This document shows positions 1 through 20,898 of a stretch of DNA of 64,000 bases, in pieces. Within the stretch, counting starts at the first letter, position 1. Every line of letters begins with the position of its first letter. The notes below the pieces were generated by a model, which saw only the letters and a program-made list of their open reading frames with translations, was not told the DNA's origin and did not search any database. The position numbers and the translations under genes are program-made. The DNA comes from the human T2T-CHM13v2.0 reference genome, Homo sapiens: the NCBI RefSeq assembly GCF_009914755.1, contig NC_060942.1; one strand, given 5' to 3'.

Positions 1-634
1 AATATCAAGCCTCACCTGCAGGTGCTTCTTTCTTTCAGCATATTATTTTGAAACAACAAGGTTCTCCGAAGTTTGGAGATGGAAAAAAAATCTAAATGCA
101 GTCCAGAGACGTGAGCAGTATGAGGTCCCACAATAAGTCAGCAGTAGGGCACCCCTTCCCTTTCAGCCATTAACCTATGTTAGTAATTTATTTTAACATA
201 AAATGATATTATTACTTATAGCGAAACTGGGCCTCAGAGCTAAAAGTTAACCAAAGTTATCATCGAAAGCTAACATGCTCCCTCCTCCTAACAAGATGAT
301 GGAGGGCATGCACCGTAACCCCAAGTTTCATTCTGAGGCCACTGACTCAAGCCTCCTTATCACTGAGTCATTTCACTTCTAGTTAAATGACTGGAAGTAT
401 CAATATTATTCTTTCTTCAGTATTTAAAAGTCAGAAGTCAATATCATTTAAAGTAGAAAACACAGTTTAGTATTTTGTCTATTAATGCTGATGAAACAAT
501 TTTTAATTTCTTTAATCTCCTACTACAGGTTAGAAAACGAACCACATAGTCCTGTAATGACAGAAAAAATTGAAAACTGTATTTTAAAAATGATTTCTCA
601 ACAAGACCAGCCGGCCACTCAACCACTTCAGTAC

Positions 635-857
635 CTCGTTTCTGGATGAAGACCCTGAGCAGGGGATTTGCACTAGAAACCGCCTTGCAGAAGTTGTCAT
701 CATTGTTGATGGGCAGCAGGTCTCCGTGCACATCTGCATAGCCAATAGTTACATCACTGTTGGAGATATGGTGGGTGTGCACAACCAGCTTGTAGAAATC
801 TTCAAACTTCCCAGGCTTATGACGGTCCAGAGAGAACCTTCGGAATTCCGCCCCAAA
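635..857 (-). CDS. PARD6G: PARD6G coding exon 2 (223 nt), PB1 domain: [74 protein letters not shown]
   Basis: C-rich pyrimidine tract plus TGTAG acceptor at 858-859, and a G|GTACTG donor at 634. It contains the Par-6 motif [11 protein letters not shown] and overlaps track ORF 444..782. The remaining CRIB/PDZ exon lies outside the window. Confidence 0.97.
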
Positions 858-2592
858 CTACAATGCAAGAGACGGGGTGGGGGGAGGGGCATTAATAAAT
901 ACCAGAGAAATATCCAGAAATAAGGTGTGGTTAGTGTACTTAACAAACAAGTATTTACATTCCACATTTTCTTTAATCAATCATCCACTGATAGACACAT
1001 AAGTTGATTTCATCTTTGCTATTATGAATAGTGCTGGAATGAAGCTACAAATGCTTTTAATACGATTTCTCTTCCTTTGGGTAGAAACACAATAGTAAGA
1101 CTGCTGGATCCAATGGTAACTCTATTTTCAGTTCTCTGAGATATCTCATACTGTTTGCTACAGAGGCTGATGAATTTAAAATGTTGTATTAAGAAAATAA
1201 AAGGACAAGTATTTATTAATTCTCCACAAGGGCCTGGGGAGATAGTGACAAACAGCTCAGTTCTCACAGAGCTCACAGTGACTAAATAAGAAATTATAAT
1301 ACAGGAAGAGGGACCCTAAACAATTAAAAGCAGTAGTGACTCAGGCAGCAGCTCGCTCATCCACAGAGACCCAGGACGGCCCTCTCGTCCACACTGACCG
1401 AGGGACAGCTCAGTCATCAACACAGATGAATATCCTGAGGACAGGATAGGACGGGCTGTGTAGCTCATGTTGTAGGAAAAAGCAACGTCAAAATTAATGT
1501 TAATTTTTTGGGTGGCATGAAAGGAGAATCCTTCCTCAGCAAGGTCCCTTGCCTCATCTGTGGTTGCTGAAGGGACATCTGCACAGCTTGGGGCAGGGCT
1601 TAGGAAACTCAGAGGCAGGAGAGGACGCAAGGCCGGATGAAACCTCGGGACTGTTTCCAAAGGCAAAAGACCATTAAGACCTTACGGGTCTTAATTTTAA
1701 GCTAGGAAGTGTCTTCATTTGATTTGTACTTTAGTAATGGTTACATTTCAAAAGGATCAGAAGTAGACATGAAATTGCAAGAATAAAGGAACCTGGTTAA
1801 AATCATACAAGTCCAAGGGAGACAGGATGATGGTCTGGTCTTTTTCCTAAAGGCGACATGTACACCCGCCTCAGGAGCTGTCATTAGGTGGTCCAGGTTT
1901 GGGAAACATCTAGGGACTAACCTCTTTTCCAGCAGACCCCAACCCTGGCTCAGATGCCCATGAGCTGCCCGCAGAGCTCCAGGATACCCTCCAAGAGAGG
2001 ACCCCAGGGGGACATGAGGTTAGGGTCATGCCCAAGGGTTCCGGCTCCTGTCATTCCTCACTCGGCAATTCGGGATCTTTATTCATCAGGTGGTACATAT
2101 ACAGTTGAAAACTAATTAGATTGGTTCCAAAATATATACAAATAAAGTAATGTTTATGGAAAACTAGTCATTATATCATCTAGACATTGTATGAATGAGT
2201 CAGGGAAGGTCATCTAAGATCAGACGTGTTTGTGCCAGGATCACCTGGAGGCCCCCCAGAGTTCTGGATTTGACTGTGCTGAGGTACAGCCTAAGAATCT
2301 GCATTTTAACAAGTTCCTGAAAGAGCTGATGCTATTGATCTGGGGACCACACACAGAGAACCACTGGTTTTATGGGAATCAGCCACTAGACCCTAACCTC
2401 CACAGATTCTTTGTGAAACTGAATTGCTCAAGAACAAATCTCCTTTTCTACCTCCCTTTCAAAAAGCACTTCCCCCAGGTTACCAAAAGCAAAACAAACC
2501 TCTCATCCATTGTGCACTGCCCTCAGCAATTAAAAAAAAAAAAAAAATCTCCAGGGCCTACAACAATGGGACAATTCAAAATACTGGCTTGG

Positions 2593-2926
<334 letters not shown>

Positions 2927-3326
2927 CTAATCAAAGCCCCTCTAACCTACGGTCTACATACTCAGTAAGGGAAGAAGTGGGACCCCAGAACTTGGTATTT
3001 GGACAGTTACATGCTCTGAACACGGCTGCACCCTGGAAGGGGCAGAGGAAAGGGCTCTCCTCTATCTCCTGCTATTGTCAGAAGTGCAGAGCAGAGCAAA
3101 CCCTTGAAATCTCTCCCCGTTATTCAAGGGGAAACGTTCACCCAAGGATGACACTGGTACAGCATGTAGGCGATGCAGATTCTTTCACACACAGGGGCTC
3201 CAAAACTTTAAGACACACATGTAAAGCCTACAACATCAGTTTTATGCGGTATCTTTCAGATCACAAAGCATTTATTTCACTAACATCAATCCTTGTCTTT
3301 CCCATCTCACATAGCTCATATATACT

Positions 3327-3743
3327 CACACGGTTTGCATCTGTGTCCCCACCCAGGTCTCATGGTGAATTGTAATCCCCAGTGTTGGAGGAGGGGCCTG
3401 GTGGGAGGTGACTGGATCATGAGGGCAGAGCTCTTATGAATGGTTAAGCCCAACTCCAGGTGCTGTTCTTGTGATGGTGAGTGAGTGAGTGATCACGAGA
3501 TCTGGTTGTTTTAAAAGTGTGTAGCACCTTCCCCCTCTTTTAGTCCTGCTCCTGCCATGTAGGATGCCTACTCCCATCTTGCCTTCTGCCATGAGTAAAA
3601 GCTCCCTGAGGCCGTCCCAGGAGCAGATGGTCACCATGCTTCCTGTGCAGCCTGTGGAACCGTGAGCCAATTAAGTCTCTTTTCTTTATAAACCACCCAG
3701 TCTGTAGTCTTTCTTTACAGCTATGTGAGAATGGACTAATACA
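3327..3743 (+). mobile_element. MaLR solo LTR (MST-like)
   Basis: Begins GGTTTG..TGTGTCCCCACCCA..TCTCATG..GAATTGTAATCCCCA and ends GGACTAATACA, typical THE1/MST termini. Confidence 0.8.
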
Positions 3744-4675
3744 TATACCAACTTCCAAAGCAATTTCCTTGTATCACTATATGGCTTTCGTTTAACTGAA
3801 TACATAAGATAATTTAATCATGTCTAATGCAACTAGTAAGAGTGTTTTTGAATTTTATATAATTCTCACTTCAGTATCACCGCAAAGGGATACAGCTCAC
3901 TTTCACCTCAGGAACGCCAGGCCTCCCTGAAACAGCATAGGCTAAATGTTAGTTCTACAATGTTTCAGTCTTAACTTTATTTAGCAACTAACCTAAAACA
4001 CATCTCAGTTTCTCAGTACGTTCAATAATTTTCTCAAAATATGTCTTAGCATGTTAACTTGAAATGAAAAATAAATTCAGACTGTTTCCTGAGAGAAAAC
4101 AAGGTTGATTTGTGTTTAATGATGAGGCTGACTTTGCCAACCCAGCTATATGGTAAACATGCTTCATATGTTGAATGAGCTCCAAAGTTTTGACAAAAAG
4201 AGATGTGAAATGTGACATGACAAAAGCATTGTATTTAAAAATCATATTGGTATTGGGTACTAAATATTTTTATTTCCCCATGATATCAGATTAAACAAGA
4301 GTCCTCTAAATGAAGGAATTAGCAGGTATAATTCATTGTCACATACTTCTTGGTAAAGTCCTTCCAGTATACTTACCAGAAACTGAAACAGTGAATGGCT
4401 CTAATGACCAGGCAATAAACCTTGCAAGTCAAGTAGTTTCCAATTACTTGCTTTTGACAAAATATAAAGTTGTCCTAACTGAACTGTCAGCTAATTATCA
4501 AAATAATTTTGAGAGACCACCCTATTATTTTTGTCACACAACCTGTTGAGAGTTCAAAGAACTGAGCTGTGCTTAGGGGCCTTCACTCTCATCTACCTGA
4601 GTGTGCAAATGAAGCTTCACAGTGTTGACACCCAACAATAAAAATTGCAAAACAATTAGTGCCAGCCTACCTCAT

Positions 4676-5435
4676 TTATCAATAAATACTTAACAGTAAA
4701 TGAAAGATTCTTCAAATGTTTATTTGGATGGCTAGTGATTATCAATAAATACTTAACAGTAAATGAAAGATTCTTCAGATGTTTATTTGGATGGCTAGTG
4801 ATTATCAATAAATACTTAACGTAAATGAAAGATTCTTCAGATGTTTACTTGGATGGCTAGTGATTATCAATAAATACTTAACAGTAAATGAAAGATTCTT
4901 CAGATGTTTATTTGGATGGCTAGTGATTATCAATAAAGACTTAACAGTAAATGAAAGATTCTTCCGATGTTTATTTGGATGGCTAGTGATTATCAATAAA
5001 TACTTAACAGTAAATGAAAGATTCTTCCGATGTTTATTTGGATGGCTAGTGATTATCAATAAATACTTAACAGTAAATGAAAGATTCTTCCGATGTTTAC
5101 TTGGATGGCTAGTGATTATCAATAAATACTTAACAGTAAATGAAAGATTCTTCAGATGTTTATTTGGATGGCTAGTGATTATCAATAAATACTTAACAGT
5201 AAATGAAAGATTCTTCCGATGTTTATTTGGATGGCTAGTGATTATCAATAAATACTTAACAGTAAATGAAAGATTCTTCCGATGTTTATTTGGATGGCTA
5301 GTGATTATCAATAAATACTTAACAGTAAATGAAAGATTCTTCCGAAGTTTATTTGGATGGCTAGTGATTATCAATAAATACTTAATGTAAACGAAAGATT
5401 CTTCAGATGTTTACTTGGATGGCTAGTGATTATCA
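4676..5435. repeat. 63-bp VNTR, about 12 copies
   Basis: Unit TTATCAATAAATACTTAACAGTAAATGAAAGATTCTTC(A/C)GATGTTTA(T/C)TTGGATGGCTAGTGA. It produces the 21-aa periodic ORFs 4805..5374 and 4860..5390. Confidence 0.97.
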
Positions 5436-5948
5436 AATTGCACAACTATGTTCCAATCACCATTTGATAATACTTGTTAATAACTCAATCTAGAAATTTA
5501 CTATAACAATCTATTTCATTTATAATTGTGGTAAAACACACATAAAATTTACCATATTAGCTCTTTTTAAGTGTACAGTTCAGGAGTGTACATTCACACT
5601 GTTATGCACCCACTCTCTAGATTGCTTTTCATCTTGCAAGCTAGAACCCTATACTAGTAAACAACTTAAAAATATTTTTAACAAATAGAGCCCCAGGACC
5701 ACAAGAGAAAAATATTTGAACTTCAATTTATACATATTTTTTGTTGCAGAGAAGAGTAACAGGGGTAACGAAGCATAAGTTATTAGAATAAAATATTAGG
5801 ACAAAAATCTCTTGAGGGAGTAATGGGAAGAAGAAATCAAAGAGAAAAAGAAACCATGTATAATTTCTGATTAGAAAAGAGCTCTTCAGAGTCAGAAAAG
5901 TGGCAAAAATAAGAGTCTGTTTATCCTATTTTAAAATGCATGATAGTG

Positions 5949-6076
5949 GTATCAAATCACTGCAGCATTTAGATTTCACTGTATCAAATCACTGCAGCAT
6001 TTAGATTTCACTGTATCAAATCACTGCAGCATTTAGATTTCACTGTATCAAATCACTGCAGCATTTAGATTTCACT
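5949..6076. repeat. 32-bp tandem repeat, 4 perfect copies
   Basis: GTATCAAATCACTGCAGCATTTAGATTTCACT x4. Confidence 0.95.
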
Positions 6077-6546
6077 GGCTGTATTTAGAAGATCATGCAC
6101 CAAAAACTTTATTTGTAATGGAATATTTACAGCATGCTGTAAATTACATCCTTTGCAAACTATTTATATTTACTAAAAAAAATTCAGGTACCAACTTAAA
6201 AATATATCATCCCCTTTTATAGTGGTAGTTTTTCAAAATTCTTTCAGGCTTCATGTGACATTTGAAGACCACAACATCAGAGTTCAGGGATCACTATGAA
6301 AATGCCTAAACCACCATTAAAGGTTAGCAGGAGACTTGGCACTCCCTAATATTTTCATTGTTTTTCATGTGGGTGTTTGTTCGTATAGCAGGACTTACAA
6401 CAGGACGGCTGCTTCAACATCTGCTGGGCTTCATTCATTCACCTACTATCCCGCACATAAAATGCCTCAAAGGGAGCCATCCTATCCCGGGAGGTCATCT
6501 CCTCACTCCAAACCAGTGACCAATTTCAATGAAAGATCAATACTCA

Positions 6547-6677
6547 AGCCAGGCATGGTGGTATACACCTGTAGTCCCAGCTACTTGGAGGCTGAGGCAG
6601 GAGGATCACTTGAGCCCAGGAGTTCCAGGTCAGCCTGGGCAACATAGCAAGACCTTGTTTATGTTAAAAAAAAAAAT
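6547..6677 (+). mobile_element. Alu monomer (FLAM-like)
   Basis: Single Alu arm ending in an A-tail. Confidence 0.75.
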
Positions 6678-6733
6678 CAAATTTCCTAAAAAAGATTGCA
6701 TTGCTGTGCCTGGCCTAGGTTAGTAGCAAGTTA

Positions 6734-7090
<357 letters not shown>

Positions 7091-7447
7091 CTATGAGCTG
7101 TATCATTTCCCCTTAAAAGGACCCATGGTTCCGAGGCAAAATGGCTAATTCCAGGTATATGGCAAGAAATGTATGTAAGCCTATGAATCCCATGTTTATT
7201 TTTAAAGAATAAGATTATTTGTTATTGGGAAATACACAGGTGTGCAAATTCTTATTCTTCAATGCTTCTAGCTAAATGAACCCTCATTCATTATTTAGAT
7301 AATGATTATTCTATTTTGTAGTTGACCCCAACTATTATTCCTACAACAGGATAGTAAAAAACGGGGTTGGGGGAGATTTCATCTTTTAAAATTATTAAAA
7401 ATTATCTCAAATACAAAATACCAAGATCAATAAGCAAAAGCGTATCA

Positions 7448-7753
<306 letters not shown>

Positions 7754-9924
7754 TCAAAAGCTTCTAAATGCAAATCATTTTTATTTTCTTTAAAATGTAT
7801 TCAATGATAACATCATTATACTATAAATAGAAAATAAGAAATGTCCATCTATCACCTATATCATATCAATCTCTATTAATCATATCTATCTATTCCCCCA
7901 ACTCTAACTTCTTATCATAATTTTGACCCTTTTCCTTCCAGAAGAAGGGATAGAGCTCGAGAAGTGCTTGTTGAATGAATAATACCTTGGAGCCAGTTGC
8001 GATAAAAGTAATGTTCCATACAGCTCTTGGTCAATAAGCAAGGAGACAAAAAGATGATGGAAACCCAAGACAGCTAGGAGCCTGGGAAGCACGACAGGAA
8101 AGATGACAGGACAGTGCTGTTTTAAGTTAATCTCCAAGCACTTCCAGAATGGAAGACTAGGACCTGCAAATCTCTGCTTATCCATTAAAGACAGAATACT
8201 GGGAAAAACTGTCAAAACCAACTTTTAGAGAACCGTGGAAATTAATCAATGGCTTGCAACAATGCAAGGAGTGTTTATTCTAGAAAAGCAGCTGAATCTC
8301 AGTAAGAGCAGCAAGCTTTGCGGTGCTTTCACTTCCTATCCACCTCTCAACTGTGAAATCCAGCAGCCTCACAGCCTGGGAGGGAGCAGAACCAGTCTGG
8401 AAGTTCCCCAAAGCCCACACTCAGGACTGTCATCGTCAGACCTGTCTTGCAGCTCCAGGAAAAGCCCTTCTCATAGGGTCAAGTTCAGTGGGAAAAGCCT
8501 TGTCCCCAGGGCATTTGCTGAACACAATCAGCATCAGCTGTTTAACATTTAAAGCTAATATGATCAAAGTTTAAAAAAAAGTTTTTTTCCATGGGCCAAG
8601 TTTATTTTGTTAGTAGGACCAAAATAGGTTATCTACAAAGGGAACGACTAATTATAAACAAATAATTATTGCATACTCCCTGCCAATTTTACATCTCTTG
8701 CCAGATACAAAGCATTTACTTTAATGAACTTACAACGAGTTACTTGCCTAAAACCACGGAAAGTGGGGATATTTTCAAAGCAGCTGCTTATGTGATATGA
8801 CTGGCAAAACCTCCCCACCCCCCATCCCCAAACACACGTCACTAGTCATTCCTTTGAGTCAATACATTGAAGGCCTCTGTTAAAATATGATCTGCTGACA
8901 GACAAATGGAACTATTCACATTTAGTTCAAACTAGTTGATTGAGTTTCTTAGTCACTTAGTAAAAGGTCCTTTGTGAAAGGGACCCAGTAGCATTTTTTT
9001 CTTTTTTTTTGAAAAGCCATCTGTATTTTTAGGTTTGCTTTTAAGTGAAAATTTTACAACATGCTTGAAATTAGATCCTCTGCAGCTATTTATATTTCTT
9101 ATGATAAAAATTAGATGCCAATTTAAAAATATATTATCTCCTTTACACTTGTTCTTAAAATTCTTTTAGAGGATATGTGATACTTGAAGATTGCTGCACT
9201 ATGGTATAGAGATCACTGTGAAAGTGCCTGAGGAATAGTTACCATTGGGGCAAACAGGAATTGGACAAACACATTTAAAAGACAATGCTGGGACGCATAC
9301 CCATTAGGATGGCTACTATCGAAAAAGCAAAATAGTAAGTGTTGGCAAAGATGTGGAGAAATTGGAATCCTTGTGCACGACTGGTGATAACGTAAAGCAG
9401 TGCAGCTGCTGTGAAAAACAATATGGCAGTTCCTTAAAAACATTACAAATAGAATTACCATATGATCCAGCATTCTACCTCTGGGTATATAACTAAAATA
9501 ACCGAAGGTGGAATCTGGAGGAGATATTTGTATATCCATGTCCATAGCAGCATCATTCACAATAGCTAGAATGTAAAAACCTAAGTATCCATCAATGGAT
9601 GAATAGGCAAAAGGTGACACATACATACAATGGAATATTATTCCATCTTCAAAAGGAAGGAAATTCTGATGTGCTACAACATGGACGAACCTTGAGGACA
9701 TTATGCTGAGTGAAATAAGCTGGTCAGAGAAGGACAATACTGTATGATTCCACTTATATGAGGTAAATAGAGTACTCGAAATTTTATCACAGAGACAGAA
9801 AGTAGTATGGTTGGTGCCAGGGCCTTGAGGGAGGAGGAATGAGGAGTTTGAATGCAGAGTTTGAGTTTTACAAGATGAAAAGAGTTCTGGAAATGGGTGA
9901 TGGCTGCGTAACAATATGAATATA

Positions 9925-11063
<1,139 letters not shown>

Positions 11064-11601
11064 GACTTAATACTACTGAACTGTACACATAAAAATGGTT
11101 AAGATGATGAAGTTTACGTCTATTTTACCACAATTTTTAAAAACGAAAAAAAGAAATCCTGGGGAGTGAGCTGTTCAAAGAAGGCTTTGAAAAGCTCTGA
11201 TACATTCCAGAGATCTAGACAGCTACACAGGGGCAGGGCTTTGTGCATGGCCATGAAAGACCTGAGGCACCTGTGATCTTTTACATCTGACTCTGGGGTT
11301 CTGTGCAATCAGAAAGTGAAAGCTAAAGCAGACTTGGACTACCAGAGTGTTGAAGCTGTGTCCCAACAGATATAGAGCCACTCTACAAAGGCTGGGAGAC
11401 TTATAGCTTCAAGGCATTTAAGGAAATCTCTATCTAATCATTAGCTGAACACTCAGCACACTAAGCAAAGATTGAAAGTCACACATGACAAAGAATACAG
11501 ACTTCATAGAATTAGTCCAGGAAAGTCACTAAAAAATCCAACAGCAACAACAACAAAACCCTTGAGAAGGAAAGGTCCTATTCTTTAAAATGTTCAGTTT
11601 T

Positions 11602-11888
11602 GGCCGGGTGCAGTGGCTCACGCCTGTAATCCCAGCACTCTGGGAGGCCGAGGAGGGCGGATCATGAGGTCAGGAGATCGAGACCATCCTGGCTAACACG
11701 ATGAAACCCAGCCTCTACTAAAAATACAAAAAATTAACCAGGCGTGGTGGCGGGTGTGTGTAGTCCCAGCTACTCAGGAGGCTGAGGCAGGAGAATGGCA
11801 TGAATCCGGAAGGCAGAGCTTGCAATGAGCCGAGATCATGCCACTGCACTCCAAGAGTGAGACTCCATCTCAAAAAAAAAAAAAAAAA
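11602..11888 (+). mobile_element. Alu (AluY/Sc-like)
   Basis: GAGATCGAGACCATCCTGGCTAACACG diagnostic stretch. TSD-like GTTCAGTTTT. Confidence 0.93.
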
Positions 11889-12069
11889 GTTCAGTTTTGA
11901 GCAAAACTAAGAGATACACAAAGAAACTGAAATAAAAAGCCCATGCAGAGGAAAATAAAGCAGTCAGTAGAAACTGTCCATGAGGGGGCCCAGATGTTGT
12001 ACTTCCTAGGCAAAGATTTTAAATTAGCTATTATAAATATTTTCAAAGAACTAAAGGAAAACATTTCTA

Positions 12070-12400
<331 letters not shown>

Positions 12401-15400
12401 GAATGATATCTCACCAAATAGAGAATACCAATGAAGAGATAACAATTATAAAAGTAGACCCAAGTAGAAATGCTAGAGTTGAAAATTACAAAACCGAAAT
12501 ACAAAATTCAGTAGAGGCACTCAACAGCAGATTAGAGATGGCAAAAGAAAGAATCAGCAAATTTGATAGGTACATTGAGATTATCCAATCAGAGGAGCAG
12601 AAAGAAAAAAGAATAAAGAAAAATGAACAGAGCCTCAGAGGTCTGTGGGATACCATCAAACAAATCTGGAGGTCCCAGAGGAGAGAAAGAGGAAAAAAAG
12701 GCAGAAAGGCTATTTGGAAAAATAATAGCCAAAATTTTCCATTAAACTTTTCATTTGATGAAAAATTAATCTATATATTTTTAAAAGTTTAAGTGTATCC
12801 TACTTGCAGTTTGTTAAAGAGGTCCATACCTAGACACATCACATGCAAACTGCCAAAAAAAAGAGAGAGAGAATCCTGAAAGCAGCAAGAGAAAAACCAT
12901 TCCTCTTGTATAAGAGATCATCAGAGTAAGATTAACAGCTGGCTTCTTGTTAAAAAAAAAAAAATCCATGGAGACCAAAATGCTGTGGAATGACATACTT
13001 CAAGTTTGGGGAAGGCAGTGGGGATAATTCTATATCCGGCTAAGCTATCCTTCCAAAAATGAAGGAGAAGGAAAATAAAAAGTGAAGGAAACATGAGATA
13101 TTCCCAAATGAATAATAAACAAATAACACTGAGATAATCTGTTATTAGTAGATCTGCCTTATAAGAAATACTAAAGGGCCTCCTCTTTCAGGCTGAAATA
13201 AAAGAACATTACACATAACTTGAATCTACAAGAAGAAATAAAGAGCACTGTTAAAAGTAACTACATAGGTATATAAAAATGATAGTATAAATGTATTTTT
13301 GTTTGCTTGTAACTCATTCTTCTGATTTAAAAGGACAACTGCAGAAAACAATAATTATAAAAATGTTTTGACAATGTTATATGAAAATGTAATTTGTATG
13401 ATGACAATACCACAAATAATAGGGATGGGAATAGAGTTATATCGGAGCAAAATTTTTGTATATAATTGAAATTAAGTTGGTATCAATCTGAGCTAGATTG
13501 TTTTAAATTAAGATGTTAACTGAAATTAAATGTTAATTGAAAAGCCATCACTAAGAAAATACAGTAAAAAGAAACAACAAAGAAATAAAACTGTACGTAA
13601 AAATATTTAACAGAAAAGAAAGCAATAATGGAGAGCAAAATGATGAGACAGAAAATAAACAGCAAAATGACAGGCACAAATCCTACTATGTCAGTAATTA
13701 AATGTAAATGAATTCAACATTCTAATAGAAAAAGGCAGAGATTGGCAAAATGGATTAAAACACAAAACACAAATAGAAACAACAATCATTCTCCAGTTAT
13801 ATGAGGAGACATGCTTTACATTCAGGGAAACAAATAGGTTGAAAGAAAGGGGATGGAAATAAATATACCATGCAAACAGTACCTAAAAGACAGCTGAAGT
13901 GGCTATATAAACAGCAGACAAAATAGACTTTAATGCAAGAGAAAAAGATATTTTATAATAAAAGGGTAAATCTATCAGGAAGACATAACAATTATAAACA
14001 TATATACATGTGACAACGGAGCTCCAAAATAAATGAAGCAAACACTAACTTAAAAGGAGAAATAAATAGTTCAACAATAAATGAACAGTTCAACAATAAA
14101 TGTTGGAGACTTTAATATCCCAATTTTTATAATGAATAAAACTAGGCAGAAGATCAACAAAAAATAGAAGACTTAAACAACACTATGAACCAACTAGACC
14201 TGGAAGACATCTGTATAATACTGCACCCAACAACTGCACAATAAATATTCTTCAAGTACACATGAAACATTCTCTAGGATAGACCATACTTAGGCCCTAA
14301 AACAAGTCTCAATAAGCTTAAAAGGACTGAAATCATACAAAGTATGTCTTCCAACCACAAGAAAATGAAATTAGAAATCAATAAAAGAAGAAAATGTGAG
14401 AAATTCACAAATAAGTGCTAATTAAACATACCCCTAAATAACCTATGGAATTAAAAAGAAATCACAGAGGAAATTAGAAAATATGTAGAGATTAATGAAA
14501 ATGAAAATACACCACACCAAAATTTATGGGATGCAGCTAAGGCAGTGTTGAAAAGGAAATGTACAGCTGTAAACACCTATATTTAAAAAGAAAGATTTCA
14601 ATTCAATAATCGAAACTTCCACCATTAGAAATGAAAAAGGAAATGCAAACTTAATCTAAAGCAAGCAGAAAGTAGAAAATAATAGCGGTTAGGGTGGAAA
14701 TAAACGGAAGACTCAAAAAACAGAGAAAGTGACAAAATCAAAAGTTGGTTATTTGAAAATACTAACAATATTGACAAATCTTTAGGTAAACTAACCAAGA
14801 AAATAATGAGAGAAGATTCAAACTACTAAAATCAGTAATGGTGAAGGGGACATTGCTATGGGCCTTAAGGAATCAAGGATTATAAACATTCTAGTAGCAA
14901 TGATCACACCTAGCATGCAAGGAACCAAGACTCCTTGGAGAAATGACTGATTGAAGGGCTGGTACAGGAAATATACATGATGTGCCTTGGGTATTTTATA
15001 ATACCAGAAAGTAAAGAAGTGCCCCAAAACAAAACAAAGCCCATAATCATGTGGGTATGTCAAAGGGAAATAGAAACCAACAGAAAAAGCTCCCAGTGAC
15101 TGAAGTTGGAACAATTTGAGCAAGTAGTATTAGATTATAATTCAAAGTACAAATAAAATCCATGACTCCACAATGATGTAAATGACTGAGTACATAGATG
15201 AGGGAGAGTAGACAGGTCTACCATACAGAAGAATACCAAATAATTTATTACCAAATAGATACACCACCCTCAAGGATGTAGAGCATAACTTCCCACCTCT
15301 TATGTGTAAGGCACACGGAATGTGTTCATTCCAAAACCTACAGTATAAAAAGGGGGAAGAAAGAGTAACTCTACAGGGGAGAAACCGGGCAAACACTCTC

Positions 15401-15666
15401 AGCCAGGTAACCAAGATCAACATCCACAATAATAAGTAATGTTGATAGCATGTATCTTGATATGATGTGATCAAGATACCACTTTACCACTGTCTTCTTC
15501 TTCCCCCAAACCCATAATCCCAGTATAATAATGAGAAACATAACAGACAAATCTCAATTGAGGGACATTCTACAAAATGTCTGAAGAGTACTCCTCAAAA
15601 CTATCAAGGTCACCAAAAACAAGAGAAGTCTGAGAAATTATCACAGCTAAAAGGAGCCTAAGGAGA

Positions 15667-18302
<2,636 letters not shown>

Positions 18303-18473
18303 GGAGACCTCAAAATTAAATGCAATGTGTTATCCTGGATGGGATCTTGGATCATTAAGTTAAAAGGGACATTAGGTAAAACTAAGGAAATCTGAATAAA
18401 GTATGAACTTCAGTTAATAGCAATATATCAGTATTGTGTATTAATTTTAACAAATATACTATATTAATGTTAG

Positions 18474-18802
<329 letters not shown>

Positions 18803-20002
18803 AAAAGTTTTCTAAAATAAAATTTTATTGTAAAAAGGGATCATAGAGGAATACTATGAGTAACTGTATGCCAACAAATTGGATAACCTAGATGAAATGG
18901 ACTGATTCCTAGAAAAAGACACAAACTACCAAAACTGACTCAAAAAGCAGAAAATCTGAATAAATTTATAACAAGATATTGAATTATCTCTTGTTTAATT
19001 GAATTATCTGGGTCTGGACTTTTCTTAGTCCAGACCCAGATGGTTTCACTGGCCACTTATACAAAGTGTTCACAAAATCAAAATCAAACCTTCACAAATT
19101 CTTCCAAAAAATAAGAGGGATGCCAATTTATGCTATGAGGTCAGCTTTCACCTGATATCAAAACCAGAAAAAGACATTACAGGAAAAGAAAACTACAGTC
19201 CAATATCTGTTATGAATAGAGACACAAAAATCCTCAAGAGAATACTAGCACACCATATCTAGCAACATATAAAAAGGACCACACACCATGACCTGTGAGA
19301 TTTATCACATGAATGCAAGGTTGGTTTAGCATTCCAAAATCAGTCAATGTAATAAACAATATTAAAGGGACAAAAGCCATATGATCATGTCAATAGATAC
19401 AAAAAGAGCATTTGACAAAATCTAACACTCTTTTATGATTAAAAACACTCAACAAACTAGGAATAGAAAGAGACTTCTTCATCCTACATAGAGAATATCT
19501 ATGAAAACTCACCGCTAACATCATACTTAATGGTTAAAAGACAATGATTTTCCCCGAGATCAACAACAAAACAAGAATGTCTACTTTCACATCATCTATT
19601 TAACACTGTACTGTAGTTTCGACCCAGGAAAGGCAAGAAAATAAAAGACATCAGATTGGAATGGAAGAAGTTAAAATATCTCTATTCACAGATGATATGC
19701 ATTTGTATATAGAAAATCCTAAGGAATCCATAAACAAAACCTTATTAGAGTTAATAAATGAATTCAGCATGATTTTAGTATACAATATCCACATACAAAA
19801 ATAAACTGTATTTCTAAGCAGTAGCAATGAACAATCTAAAAATTAAGAAAATTCCATTAACAATAGCATTACAAAGGATAAAACAGGAATAAACAAAATA
19901 AGTGAAAGATTTATACATTGAAAACTACAGAATATTGTTGAAAAAATAAAGAAGATCTAAATTAATGGAAAGACATTTCATGCTCATGGATTAGAAAACT
20001 TA

Positions 20003-20353
<351 letters not shown>

Positions 20354-20595
20354 TGATCTACAGATTCAATACAACCCCATCAGAATCTTAGCTGTATCTT
20401 CTGTAGTAGTCAGCAAGCTGATCCTAAATTCAAAGGTCTCACTATATCCAGAAGAATCTTGAAAACGAAAAACATAGTTGAAGAACTCACACTTCCCAAT
20501 TTCAAAACTTACACATAGTACTAACATAGAGACGTATAAACGACCAGGGGAACCGAATTGAGAGTACAGAAAAAAACCTTACATTTGTCATCAAT

Positions 20596-20898
<303 letters not shown>

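Noticed and set aside
444-634. C-terminal extension of ORF 444..782 (GTEVVEW...)
   Set aside because: It is read-through into the intron past the exon 2 donor at 634 and has no Par-6 similarity.
4805-5390. Overlapping 189-aa and 176-aa repetitive ORFs on opposite strands; CRISPR-like appearance
   Set aside because: They result from a 63-bp (multiple of 3) VNTR. The units are head-to-tail with no unique spacers, there are no cas genes, and the context is eukaryotic.
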